This document shows positions 51,277-64,000 of a stretch of 64,000 nt of DNA, in pieces. The notes under the pieces were generated by a model. The model was not told the DNA's origin and did not search any database. It saw only the letters and a program-made list of their open reading frames with translations. Source of the stretch: Podarcis erhardii (lineage: Eukaryota); NCBI GenBank assembly GCA_964252035.1, contig CAXUOO010000125.1. The stretch is one strand, 5' to 3'. A program made the translations under genes and the position numbers. The stretch's first letter is position 1. Each line of letters opens with the position of its first letter.

Positions 51277-53206
51277 TCATACGGGCACATTTGATGTAGG
51301 TGCCGAACTCTGGGGCTGCTGCTGCTGCTCCTGCTGCTGCTGCTGTTCCTCCTGCCGCTGTTGCAGTATTTCATGAGTAAGCGGCGCATCGTCGCCGTCA
51401 ATTTCATCAACGTCCGCCTCAGTCAAGCCATACTCTTTCAATAAGCGCTCGTGAATCACTCGCCTTCTTCTCTCCCATAGATATTCGCCTACCCAAGACA
51501 ACAACACTAGCAGAAATTTAGTCATTTTCATGCGAGAGATAGCTTCAGCATGCAAGAGCAAAGTCATGCAGCAGTATGACAGCAGCAGGTTAAGTTGGAG
51601 AGACCAGCATATAGGCGTCAACGGAACATGCCAAAAACTCTAGTGGCAGGGCACTGGATACAGAGCAAAATCGAGAAAATGGAAGAAGAGATACTCGCAC
51701 TTTTGAGATTAGTTACCAGCAGCTCGCCAAATTGAAGAATCACGTACCTCAAACTTCGGTAAAGCACTATAAACAGTTCTTGAGGACTACCTAGTTTAGG
51801 CTGGATTTTAAATCCATAATTTCAAGGACTCTGAGTGCGTATATTGCGATGAAACTCCGGCTGCAGCTGCGCAACATTTACTTTTACACAGTCGACTACT
51901 CACCTCTGGGAAGAGTCAGTAAAGTGTACAACATGACACTCACAACCAGTACAGAAAGAATAAATTCCAAAGGGTCTTCTCTGGGAGAAATAAAAATCCT
52001 TCCCCTTTTATACGGTCCCGCCTTCAAATTCATTTCCCTTTTACGGGTAAACGGAATCTCCATTTGCGGCCGCTGCTGTTGCTGTTGCTGCTGCACACTT
52101 TGGCTGTTGCTCAGTCGCACTGTATGGTCCGCTCTGCCTGCTGCTCTTTCTCTTCCAATTGCTGCTGACCCATTCGAGTTGCTGGTGCCGCTCAAGGCTG
52201 CTGCTGTTGCTGCACCTCTGAAACGCATACTGAAAGGAGAAAACGAAAACGGCTGCTCTGCATATGGTCGCACCCTGAATTCAACCCAACTTCTCCCCTT
52301 CATAGCAGTAGTAGTAGAGGTAGAAATGAGAGCAGCACCAGAGATATCCCGATAAGAATGTATGGCAGTGCGGTGAGCAGAAGCCACAGAAGCGAAGGTG
52401 TGACGCTTCACAACACAAAATGATAAAGCATTGAAAAAAGGAGCAGTAGTGTTGCCTGCAACAACACAAGCGGCAGCGCCAAGGGACGTTTCACGTCCTG
52501 GAAAGCACAATGCGGAGGCGTGTTGACGGGCACCATAACAGAAAGGGGGATTTCGTGACGTGTGCGTAGAAAGAAAGGACGCAGTGGAAGGCAGACTCGG
52601 GTTAAAATACGCATGGGAACCGCATTCGACACGTAGAGCAATACGACGACCACAGGCGGCACGAATATGACCAGCAGTTCCAGCGCAGGGAACTAGGACA
52701 TAAACGGGTGGTAACGTATTTACATCAGGCTCAGCACCGGTGGATACATAAGAAAGAGAGATACTTTTTGCAGAGATACTGCTAGGCTCAACAATGCGTC
52801 TGTATGAATTGGTGACTGGAAGGGAATGAAACTTGCAGGGCGAGAAGAATCGTTGTGCAGAAGCGGTACCAGGAACAGTAACAGCTGAAGACCGTGAAAA
52901 AAAAGAACAAGCAACAGGACCACCCCCTAAAGTGGTAGACGATAAAATTTTGCTCAAAGAGTGAGCTGCAGTACCAGGTTGTGAAGAGGACGGTGAAGCT
53001 GCAGTAACACCAGCGGCTTCATAGTTTGAGAGGGGAGGAAAAATACACGAAGAGACTGCTTTAAGCACAGGGAGAAGGCGCGACGCACGAGGCTTGGTCA
53101 TAATTCTGGAAAGAAAAGCGGGCTGGGGGAGTGAAGGTGCTGCTACGCTGAAACTGTGAAGACGACGCCGCAGCAGCACTTGCAATGACGCGTCTTTTTT
53201 TCCCAT
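51277..53206 (-). CDS. Hypothetical protein with one predicted transmembrane helix near the C-terminus, about 504 aa
   Basis: A long open exon 53206-51904 (ATG GGA AAA) ends ...REDPLEFILSVLVVSVMLYTLLTLPR G|GTGAGT. The TAG acceptor at 51491-51489 resumes in phase: GEYLWERRRRVIHERLLKEYGLTEADVDEIDG...polyQ...TGA. The hydrophobic 18-mer is followed by a basic RRRR patch. The start codon is uncertain. Confidence 0.7.
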
Positions 53207-55176
53207 TGTCGTTGAAGTTTGTCTCAAAAGCCGATGACGTAGAAGCAGCAGCAATTGCTACCAGAGTAGTGGCTTCTGAAAGAGTAGTAGCCCCAGAAGC
53301 AGCTAAGTTACCAGTGGCAGCAGCAGCGCCTACATCACTAGCGGTAGTAGCTGCAGAGCAAAGAAATCAGCAGTTACACAGTGAGAGCATTCACGACAAC
53401 CGCCGCAGTCCTTTAAGAGCAGCACAGTATGCAGCAGCTGCTGCACTCGAGCAGAAGATGCATTATTCCTGCAAATGCGCATTCTATTCAACACCTGCTA
53501 CGCAGCAGCGTAAAAAATGAAGGTAAACCCTCAGAACCACGTCTATCTCTAAAGTGAGAGCCAAACCTTGACACGGGAGGAACTTTATAAGGACGCCTAC
53601 ACAGAATGATTTGGAAGAAGAGATACTAAAGCAGAACAAAGAAGAAAAATGTATGCTTTGATATGGCTGAGAGAGGAGATTTGAGAAAAATATGGTTCGC
53701 ATGCAAGTAAAACAAAATCGAATGTGCGTGCATTAATGCCTTCCAATGGTCCCTTACGCGAATGATAAGATAAATTATTCATTAAGTGCGTAATCCAGAA
53801 CACAAACTCCAAACAATACATAAAGGTACGAAAGTAAGTGACAGAGGAAGATGTAGGGTAAATTACTATGTAGCGATTTGCTGCATGCGGAAAAAGGGAG
53901 ACACATGTACTACATGGTTTTTACAGGCCGTATACCGATGAATACAGGAAAAAACTCACAACGACTGCTACTTGTTATAATCGGATGAAGAAAGACACTT
54001 TTCCCATATAGCAAAGAAGTATCGACAAAGAAGGGCTCTTGCTGCTGAAATTCTAATATATCGGCTAACATGCGTTGTAGCGGCAGAGCCGTCATAACGA
54101 GCTCCAACAAACACGGCAGCGCCAGTAGAGCAGCATCGGCAGTAGTGGTAGTAGTAGTTTTTTTGGATGTAACGGAGCGACAGTACGGCATTAGGATTTA
54201 TACGTACGAAGTGGTTTAATGTGCAAATTTGCACTTGGCAGCACTATGCTTACATATAGTATATACACATATGGATTTGTGTAAAGTAAACTGATAAATT
54301 TAGTGAGGATGGCCCCAACATCAGGTGACAGAGATTTCTTGAAATATGTAGGAATTATTCAAACGCAGAAGTTGAAATAATGATTAAGCGTCTTTGCTAA
54401 TAATTCTTATAGGTATAATCCTGGCACAACCTTGGTGCGTAACATCATATATATGACGTATAGAAAAACATATACTTATATATAGATATATATTGAGGGG
54501 AGAGAAAAGTACATACAAAGTAAGGAAGAGAAAGGCTGCGACATAGGTTTGGAGAAGTGTGTTTTGACTAAATACTTGGCCGCGCACAAAGCTCACCGGT
54601 CACCGAGCAAATATAGACGGTGCAGGTTCAAATTGTGTTGCTTGGTCGTCCTGTATCTTAGCTATTTCATCGAGACCTATAGTCGCGAGGAGATAGAATN
54701 NNNNNNNNNNNNNNNNNNNNNNNNNNNNNNNNNNNNNNNNNNNNNNNNNNNNNNNNNNNNNNNNNNNNNNNNNNNNNNNNNNNNNNNNNNNNNNNNNNNN
54801 NNNNNNNNNNNNNNNNNNNNNNNNNNNNNNNNNNNNNNTGTAAATATATATGAAAATCGAATGTATGGCTGTGATTGGAAGCTGGTGTGTTATTTCATTT
54901 ATGAATCGGAAAGCTTGTGCATGTTTATGGCAGTCGGAGCTGGTAAAAGCTGCACACGTATACAGTTTTGTAGCAATTTGACCGTAAAGAAAACCTCAAG
55001 CCCTTTCCTATGAAAGCCGTTTATTAACTCCTGCCCCGCCGCTTTTGTGCAGTGTTTGTTTGAAACAATCTCCCTACTGCGGTGAGTAGCCAATGCTGCC
55101 ATGAGAAAACAAGCTGAAACCCTATTTCAACATTATTGGAGAGTACCTCTCTACGTCGCGCGTATGTCACACACAG

Positions 55177-55521
55177 ATGTCTCCCTTATGTGGAATCATA
55201 CTATCACCAACAAGGGGGTCTACCACTTTCAAAAGCAGCGATATCAAAATACTCGCAGGAAGGACAGCAATTGCGGAAGATCCCCCAACATTTGCTATAG
55301 CAGCAGCACAGACGAATGAAGCTTCAGCACGTGAAGTCGCAGGAGAGAAAACATAGATAACAACAGCCGAATCAGGGGCAGCAGACAATCAACAGCGAAA
55401 ACGGCGCCGGCTCCGTTGCTTTCACGCAAAATCAAGTCGCATCAAGATAAAGGGCAGCAGCAGGGTTAACGGATGCAAAGGGCCGAGATAGAATTGGCAA
55501 GCCTCTGAATAGATATTCTAG
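55177..55521 (+). pseudogene. Exon-like Gln-rich tract with three in-frame TAA/TAG stops
   Basis: CAG acceptor at 55174-55176 and AG|GTACAT donor at 55522. The 345 nt read CLPYVESYYHQQGGLPLSKAAISKYSQEGQQLRKIPQHLL*QQH...KHR*QQPNQGQQ...ASR*RAAAG...NRYS, with stops at 55298, 55358 and 55448. Confidence 0.3.
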
Positions 55522-58500
55522 GTACATAATGTAGCAGACAGAGCACACATTTCAGTAAAAAAAACACGAAGGCGCGTTACTCACAACCACTTTTCTTTTC
55601 AGTAATAGTCCGTAAATAAGATCGCAATGACTTGCAACTCTGTGACAGTATCGTAAAAACAAAATTCTGACTAATGTCACGCTAAAACCTCTCAGCAGCT
55701 AAGGACTTTTCCGTCACTTTCAAAAGCTGCACCTTGTTACCGCTCGTGTATGGAATGTAGCTCACTTATATGGCTGAATCAATCATATTGTAGTAAAATC
55801 GGACGTCAGATGATACGTAAGTACCTTTTCATCATGCATTTTCCTGATCTATCCATACGCTATCACTGAATCATGCATTTGGCGATGTTTCCACCTTACC
55901 GGCAAAATGCAGTCCTCCACTCGTATTGCTTCTGGTGAAAATTCTTTGGTCAACAGACAGGGTTAGTGACTTGTCCGTACTCTTAATGACTTCTTCAGAG
56001 AGGGTTGCTCGATAAAACAAAGACGACGAATACGTTTATCATATAACGACCCGGTACGAGCTAGAAAAGCATAAGCATCTAAATTGATGGAAAAAAAACC
56101 AACGCCCGTGCGCGCTCGATTGAGGACTTTTACCAGCAATCCGTGAACGTAGCTCGGCACAAATATGAAAGCACACGATTTACATGGTCACACATATAGA
56201 TATTAAGTAAAATAAATCAGGGTTCACAGACAAAAGTATAGACAAATAGACGTTGAAGTGTTGAGGTTCCGCGTATGCCCAAGCACATAAAGTAGAGCCC
56301 TTTACGGAAGCGTTTGCAGTATCTGCTTCTCCTAGAATTTCAACATTTTCTAGATGAAATAAACAGGATCTGCAGAGATTTCTACACTTTACATGGTCAT
56401 ATTTGACGTTAGATGTCGTCCTGGGAAGCAGGCACACATCAAGGATAATTAATTCACTCACTGCTTCGATTTTCTAGTACCCGAATTTCATATATATATA
56501 TATATATATATATGATATTTGTGGACATGTATATTACATCAGTACATGTATACACGCGTATAACTTACAAATTTGCGTATATACGTGTTTAAAGACGTAT
56601 ACATATGCATTTGTTTGTGTAAACACTTTTCTTCTGTTTGTGCATACGCTAGCAAATGGACTAGATTGCGCTTCTATCGAATCATTTTTGCACCATACCC
56701 TTGTGGCGCTGGGTTTTCTGCATAGAGAAGCCAAAACTGAAATTACAGCGCACAACATCTCACGTCACTTTATCAAAGGTGCCGTTGCTGACGATGGCGC
56801 CACCGCCAGCGTGCCTGTATACGTTTATATTTATATATATATATATACATATATATGTTTCTCAGAGCTTTAAACAGGTGTGTGTGCGTATCTGCGAGAT
56901 TCCGACGACTTGAGGACACAACCCTCATCCAAAGAGTCTGAACGACCGAGACGGCAATGCTTTCCGCCTGATTTTCCATCCTAGGACTGAAGGGCGACAG
57001 TAGTAGTGCTATACTATCACTGTAAGCAATCCACGATACTTTTCGGTTGTAAGGTGTAGCGTGGCTACCTTTCATTCCGAAAAGACTGCATACACAAGCA
57101 TATGTACATTTAGACACATGTACAATTGTAAATTTAGGAGTGTATATATCGGATTTATACGTAGAGTTTCACCATTGACGTTTGCATACTGCTTCACATA
57201 TATGTAATAGAGTCGAGCAGCCTATATGTATACAGTTAGATTCTATGTATAGCATTATATCCGTATTCGAAAATCTATGTTTAGATTTGAGTTGGTTTTT
57301 CCGCATGTACTTATGCGTAGTTATGCCGTTGGCATTCAAACCTCTTGCATCCTCCTTTATTCGTATGTATTATTGTCTCTTTAATATTTTTTCTCTGGCC
57401 TCTGCTCTCTCTCTCTACAGATACTTGCTGATATTGGATTTCAAACGTTTTCATATTTGCATCTGAACGACAGATGTATGCCCTTGTTTATGATGCTTCA
57501 ATGAGTTATGCATTGTACCTACATAGAACTCGAATCAGAAATGTACTGGCTTAAGCGCGTACTTGAATTGTGCCAGTAATTTTGTACATGACTACTTATA
57601 TGCATGTATATAATATATATGTATATATATATATATATACAGTATACGCTCGTGTGTGTATCCGCTGGGCTTATCTGTATGTAAATTCATATCAACGTCT
57701 CATTTTTTCCTTCAGCGTGATGATTTCAGCAAACTTGTCTAGACTGCTTGTGCATGTTTATAGTTTTACAGGTAATTTTGCGCTCTATTGCATGCAGTCA
57801 AAGGGCCCCTCACGCTTATACGCGGTTCACATCTCTGTTTGGTTATGTTGCATCTGACGAGTGGAAAGTGATTGTTTGTTTTACAAAGAAAGGGAATATC
57901 CTTTCATTCCTGACACCGTTGACGTGATACAATGCCAACATCTTCAGTGTCTCGGCAAAATTTTTTTTGCTGTGCGTTCGCGGCTATTTGAAAGCACCCG
58001 TAATTTGTTTCGTAATAAAGTACGACGTTCTTACTCACTCAAGCGACGCAAATGCTTGAAAGGAGGCGCTCCACAATCACTTAAGCGACTCAAATACTTG
58101 AGCAGTGTCGCTTCACACGATAATCACTGAGCTCACACAGTGACCTTGACCTACGACCAAATCGTAAGCTCCGAGGCTAATTTTTCTAAGATGTCGTTTC
58201 CGCCGGAAGAAAGACGCGTTCAATTTTTTTCCGAAAAGTTTCCCCGGCACGCTGATAGAAGATATGGATATATGATTGTAACACAGTGGCGACTCGTTAA
58301 ACAGAAGTCTTAGTCTGAGTGTTTTCTGCTCAAAAAGAGGTGCTGAAGAATGCATAGAAAAATACAGCAGGTGACTTGGAGCTTCAGGTTTACTGCTTAG
58401 TGGATTTGAGCAACGGCACGATCTATTCAGTTATATTGTATTGGAAATTGAGCGTGTCGGCGAACAAAATAGGACGAAGCAGCTTCAATAAGCATCTCAC

Positions 58501-59699
58501 AACTGCAGTGATCACGTCTAACGGCGAGTTATCATAAATTTTTGATGAAGCTTAACAAAGCATGTCAGAACGGCTGCAAAGTTGGAAGGGTTCAACAATG
58601 TTATTGTAGAAGTTTTAAGATAGGCTTCGTCATTTGCAAAGGCATCTATTGCCGGTAGAGTACAGCTACAATCAAAACAGCTTTTTTCTTCTTTTTGCAT
58701 CACAAATGAATGTCCATACTTACGTGGAATGGAGTTGTATATGACACAGTTTTGTATGTGCGCGAGGTTAAAAGAGAGGTATTGGACATTGATTGATCAC
58801 AACTGAATATCCTTTCAGACGTGGATTGAGTCATCTACTTCTATATATAAAAGAGAGTCGTAAAAGAGGTATCCAAATATTGATTTTTAAGTAGGAATTA
58901 GTCAAATTGAGCTTCAGGGCTGCGTTGGATTCAAAAGAACCTATCCGCCATAAAGTAGCACTTGATGTCCTGTTTGACGTAGCTATCAGTTTGGGACCAT
59001 TTCCGTGGTTAAGTATAGTCGTCTATAAATATCCTAATCACTGAAAATCCGCTGACGAGGTTTTCGTACGCGTAGGCAGCGTACTTGTAGCCCCCTTTTG
59101 ATCGCGCCAGCCAAACCTGCTTCTGCAAAACTTTTCTGCAGGAAAGCCAGAAGAGCTCTTGTTGAAAGATCTTCCTTCAAAACGCAAAGTTCTTCTACCT
59201 TTTGTAACCATGAGTGGGGTAATTATGCCTCTGTAAAGAGTAGCATGTCCTCGAGAAAGACGTGGACCCACTCCATTGCTTTGAAAGAAGCCCGCAACAG
59301 CTCTCCGTGCTTGTTTTGCTCCGACGCTTTATTCTGCAATAGTAGAGCTGATGGCTTTCTTCCTCAGAAGCTCCCCGTTCGTCTGCTGTAACTTCAAAAC
59401 TGTATCTTGAGTTGAGTGTGGATGAGTATATATACAAGCGTTTAAAAAAAGTTTCCATTAGTTGGACAGTAGTAGCTACAGCAGCGCACGTATCGGCATT
59501 GTCAGTGGCACAAGCCGGTTGCACATATACTCCTGCAGCCACTCTACTCTGAAGATGAAAAATCATTTCAGATGGATGAGGAAATTCTCTTTCGCCTTCT
59601 GAAGGAGGGATCTCCTTTTGTGGTAGCCGAAGTAAGGAATTTGTGTACTCATTAGCTAGCCATGCAGCTGCGTATGTTACGACATACATTTTCTATTGC

Positions 59700-61860
59700 C
59701 AGAGAAATTTTATGTGCTTATTGATGCTGTTGGGGCAAGTTGCGGACTGCCTACTTTGAGCGCTAGACCTATTCTCCTGTGCAGTTATGAAAAACTTCCT
59801 GAAAAGATGCTAAAGATATTTCAATTCTCCTGTGAAGCGTTACCTGGGGGGGGAGAGGACGCCATAGATAGCTTTTTCTACAGGGTAACCGTTGGAATAC
59901 TCATGGGCCAATAATTCCTTCTGTGCTTTTCGTGAAGACACCATTGTATGCAACAACCCGTCAGCTGAAATGCGCAAGTGATATACCATATGATGCTTTG
60001 CTTAGTTTAGACTTCAACAAGAGACAATACTTGCACGTTGAAACTAGCAATGGAAAAAAAAAGAAAAGTCGCTGCTAGTTCTCTTCTCGAATATGTCTAT
60101 ATTTGTGACAAACTAATTCGAAAAGCAGTCGTTATAGTTGTAGATATACTTACGGTTCCAAAGTTTTTTCTGCAAGAAATTACTCATAGGAGCTTTTTCA
60201 CTTAACATGGTCTTGAAGGGGTGCCTGAAAGCCTCATTTTTCTAGGGGACATTATCAATGTTAATTTCTTCGACTGGAGCTAGAAGAAAATTTAGCCCGC
60301 TTTGCCTCTTTATCAGTTTACTGCGTAACGATGCTGCAAACTACTTTTTTCCTTACCTGCAGCATGTTACAGAAACTGAGTAGGTTTTTTTTCGTCACTT
60401 CGTTGTTGAAAAAGATTCAATTAAAAACATTCGTTCACGGTAAGGTGTAATACGCGAGCTAGGTTCCGCATATTAACAACTTTACACAATAAGAAACACC
60501 GCAGAGTTATCATGCGTACAAAGACCTACACGTTCATTGAAACTTTGTTTTCACTATATATATGTCCTTAAATGAGTAGTCCTACAAACATATATACAAA
60601 TATATATATATGTCTCTCCCATCCTTTGTCCCTACATGGGACAAAGGATGGGAGAGACATATATATGGGAAGAGGAGAGGTAGGGTGACAAATACATTGT
60701 CACCAATCATAAGTAAAAAGGGCTTATATGACTTACAAATGAACCGGTTCCATAAGTATTTTGAGCTGGAATACAGGGTGGGCTCAGTCCGGCAGATGAA
60801 GATTTTGGAAACGATTCAACCAGCCTGAATGTGTGCTGGATAAAACTGCATCCTTCCGGAGAATATTTACAACTAGGCTGCATCCCTGCAATAGAGTAAG
60901 AGGAAGACAATCAAGCGGCTAACACGAGTCATGGTGTTCCACCGGGATGTTGAGAATTGTGCGTAATTATTTTTTATTGTAGATGATGTAGGAGATTCAC
61001 ATGAAGGCAAATTCTTGATACGTCTACATATTCCAGTGTGTACTTTTCCCACTTATGGTATGCGAAGAAATCAGTACAAACACATATATATATATATATA
61101 TATATACTAAACTATATGCAAAATCGATTTACTACACTATGTACCGCACACGACAGGTTTGGAAGCACCTGAGTGCATCATTGCCGTTCATATCATGTAC
61201 ATGTTATAGATATATATATATATATACACATGTCTATACACAGGAAGAAAGAATGCAACTTATATGACCACATTGATCACTGTGTCCCATAGTGTATATA
61301 TATATACATATATATATATATATACAGACCAGTGAGGTTAACTTGCTCTAGATAGCATTTTGAAATTTATCTCCTTTAGACAAGTACTCAGCAGATTCAA
61401 TCAGTACATGAACATAGACAAAGATGTCATACTCTGGCGTAATAGATTGCATGCCAGTGCAGGCACGTAGAGACGCAGCAAAGTGGTCAATCAGATCTCC
61501 ACCTCCACGGCTAGCGAAGAGCTAGGTAGGTTACCCTAGCGTAAACACATTTACGTGTAGGCTGATACATTCCTGCGAACATATATATATATATATATAT
61601 ATATAGATATATATATATTATATATATTTATTTATACGTACATACTCACACGTAGAGGTGAGCAGGCTTGCACATCACACCCGAAGCTCGGAAGAATTGT
61701 ATGCAGTGCAAGGCACAGCAATTCATAATTAGATATGAAGATTATCTTTTCTTCTGTATGATTCTCTCAGATGGGATGAAGAGCACACAGCTGTAGTTGA
61801 CATGAACGAAATCAGTGAGTACATGCAACAGCTGCTGCACCTTCTGAGCAGGGGGACTGA
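59700..61860 (+). CDS. Candidate exons of an unresolved hypothetical gene
   Basis: AG/GT-bounded open segments with peptide-like reading at about 59702-59884 (EKFYVLIDAVGASCGLPTL...DSFFYR), 61493-61525 (ISTSTASEEL) and 61771-61860 (WDEEHTAVVDMNEISEYMQQLLHLLSRGT). No full model and no domain recognised. Confidence 0.3.
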
Positions 61861-62168
61861 GTAGGTACATGATTCGTTAATGTGTCCACTATCGGCGAAA
61901 CGCAAGCTTGTTTATACCTTCAAAGTTGAACTTTTGAAATTCAGGTCTACACAGCTCGTCCATGTGCAACAGTATGAAAGAGCTTAATCTACATACCTAG
62001 ATATATTGACATGAATGCAGATAGTTGATTCCTTATGTACAAGAAGACGTTTGTAAGGGGTTATACCAATTTTATCTGTAAACCCAAAGCATACACAAGT
62101 ATAGAAAAAAAATAAATAGATATAAATATATATATATATATTCATGTGGTTACATATTGATCGAAATC

Positions 62169-62207
<39 letters not shown>

Positions 62208-64000
62208 ATATAGGCTGAAACATTTTTTATCTACTATTAGTTTACAGGGCGTTTAGATGTTAAAATGGCATATGACGCCCATTGCATAATTTTCTAATTT
62301 GCTCATCTAGGGATCACCAAAGGGGAAATGTGTCTGAAACTGAATTACAAAAAGGTAAAAAAACTTTTGTACATATACTTGTATATAATAACATTCAGGC
62401 ATACGCATGTAAATATAGAAAAGACCAAATAACAGCTAAACGTAATAAAGCAGAAGTGTACATATATAAATATATATATTGATATGTAGGTATAAGCATA
62501 TACATTCAACTGTATATATATATATATATGTATAATATATGCTTGTATATCAGAGTATATTTATTCATAGAACGCTCGATTCCCATTCGGATATTCGTCA
62601 CACTATAGAAACACACGAAATGACATATATCCTCATTTGGAATAGCGTTACGATGTAACGCAGGTTGTGATGCGTTAGCCATCCATTGGCTTTCGTTTGT
62701 ACAGAAAACTAGCAGCTTACGACATCAGGGCGATTATACGCACTCATAATGACTTCTCGTTTGCATTACCAAATGAATATCCCTTATTCACCGATGATCA
62801 GTAACAGTTCGCTAAGAAATAAGACTTGTGGCACTGTTTGCTATTGAAGGAACCAAATAAGCTCTATTTTTTCTCCTAGCATAAAGTCGCTGAGTCATAT
62901 TGCACGAAAAACGTATAGAATCGATCTTTGAATTGCCAGGTTCTGATCTGAACTTGACAACAATGTGTGGAGGAAGACCTCGACTAAGTTGCCTGAACAG
63001 CTTATTTACTGTCTGCGGATGATCACCCAGAAAATGCACATGAATAATAAAAGTTGGAAATATCTCTCAAGCTATAAAACCGCTCGACCATTATTAATGC
63101 TATCCTCAAAAGTGATACACTTGAGTAAATATCAAAACTATGATAAAGTTGCTTACTATATGCAAAGAGCGTGACTATGAATAATAAAAAAACATGCATT
63201 AACGCCACAAAAATTTGTGGGTACCAACAACAAAAAGCTACGCCTAATCTTCTTTCGACTGATTTGGATTCTTGATAACCACACAATAATGTAGTGGAGG
63301 TTGCGAATTTTCATAGTCTCCACTTGGTGTATGTATATCTATACATATATATATATATATATCAAAATGTTCATTGTAGTCTTTCTTTCTCTCTCTCTCT
63401 CTCCCTCTAATTATAACGCTACCTTAGAAAAACTAAGCGCATACATACTTAACAAAGAAGCCTACATCTGGAGGTCTTTTTGTCTCCTCCTTTGCTTCTC
63501 TCTCTCTCTGCGATTCGTTCCCTTTAAAAACTAATATGATCCTTGTGTATGTTCACACTACGTTAAATGTCAGAACCTTGAGCGCACACAATACTAATTC
63601 AACACTTTAGCTGTATAGTTATATCAAAAAACTGTATTTGCATAAAAGCAAAATGTCCGCTAGTGATAGTGTTGCTATCAATTTTGGGTAGTTGAAAATA
63701 GAAAAAGCAGGAGTCTGCGCTTTGAGCTCTGTCCCGCAGTTTTGCTGAAGAATATATGGAAGATTGTGCCGACGGTCAATGAAGATAAAAGCTTTCATTC
63801 AATATCCATACATTTCGTTGACTGCGGCGTAAGCTAAATCACACCTGCGCTCACAGGACGGCGCGACCAACGTGCTGCCGCTGTAGAAAAAGCTAGAGTC
63901 TTCCTGTTCTTTAAAAAACGCATGTCGAATCCTTCCATTTACACTGACTTTCGGTGCTTCAAGTGGCAATTCAGCAATGCATCCGACTATTATTCCTCAC

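Noticed and set aside
51748-51790. Possible 43-nt frameshifting cassette exon in the hypothetical gene
   Set aside because: It has AG/GT ends but no pyrimidine tract, and the flanking exons already join in phase.
53600-64000. Retrotransposon remnants in the repeat-poor region
   Set aside because: No RT (YxDD), integrase, chromodomain, LTR pair or primer-binding site could be recognised.
63857-64000. Apparent exon with an in-frame TAG (VLPL*KKLES)
   Set aside because: It would need a 28-nt intron, and another frame is fully open, so it is not evidence of a lesion.

Overview
Eukaryotic, intron-rich genomic scaffold (GT-AG introns, four N gaps). The CAG/GCT triplet repeats, recurrent TGCATGCA octamers and gene content point to a coccidian apicomplexan, probably Eimeriidae-like (inference; the AAACCCT arrays typical of avian Eimeria are not seen, while (TA)n arrays are very abundant). 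I assembled three conserved genes exon by exon: a U-box/RING cyclophilin PPIL2 (minus, 9 exons, 13400-22618), an endonuclease III NTH1 with very long terminal extensions (minus, 8 exons, 28764-39938) and a 3-mercaptopyruvate sulfurtransferase with a 12-aa tandem repeat insertion (plus, 2 exons, 45435-48146). There is also a partial TPR gene (112-3035) and a hypothetical single-pass membrane protein (51277-53206). Most listed ORFs are microsatellite or antisense artefacts. The most notable unexplained signals are (1) CAG/TAG and CA/TA mosaic repeats suggesting a CpA-to-TpA mutational bias, (2) several exon-like tracts with canonical splice sites but in-frame TAA/TAG stops, which look like decayed genes, (3) a phase conflict plus a duplicated splice acceptor in PPIL2, and (4) a long out-of-frame ORF overlapping the NTH1 start. 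I found no rRNA, tRNA, CRISPR array or recognisable transposon domain.
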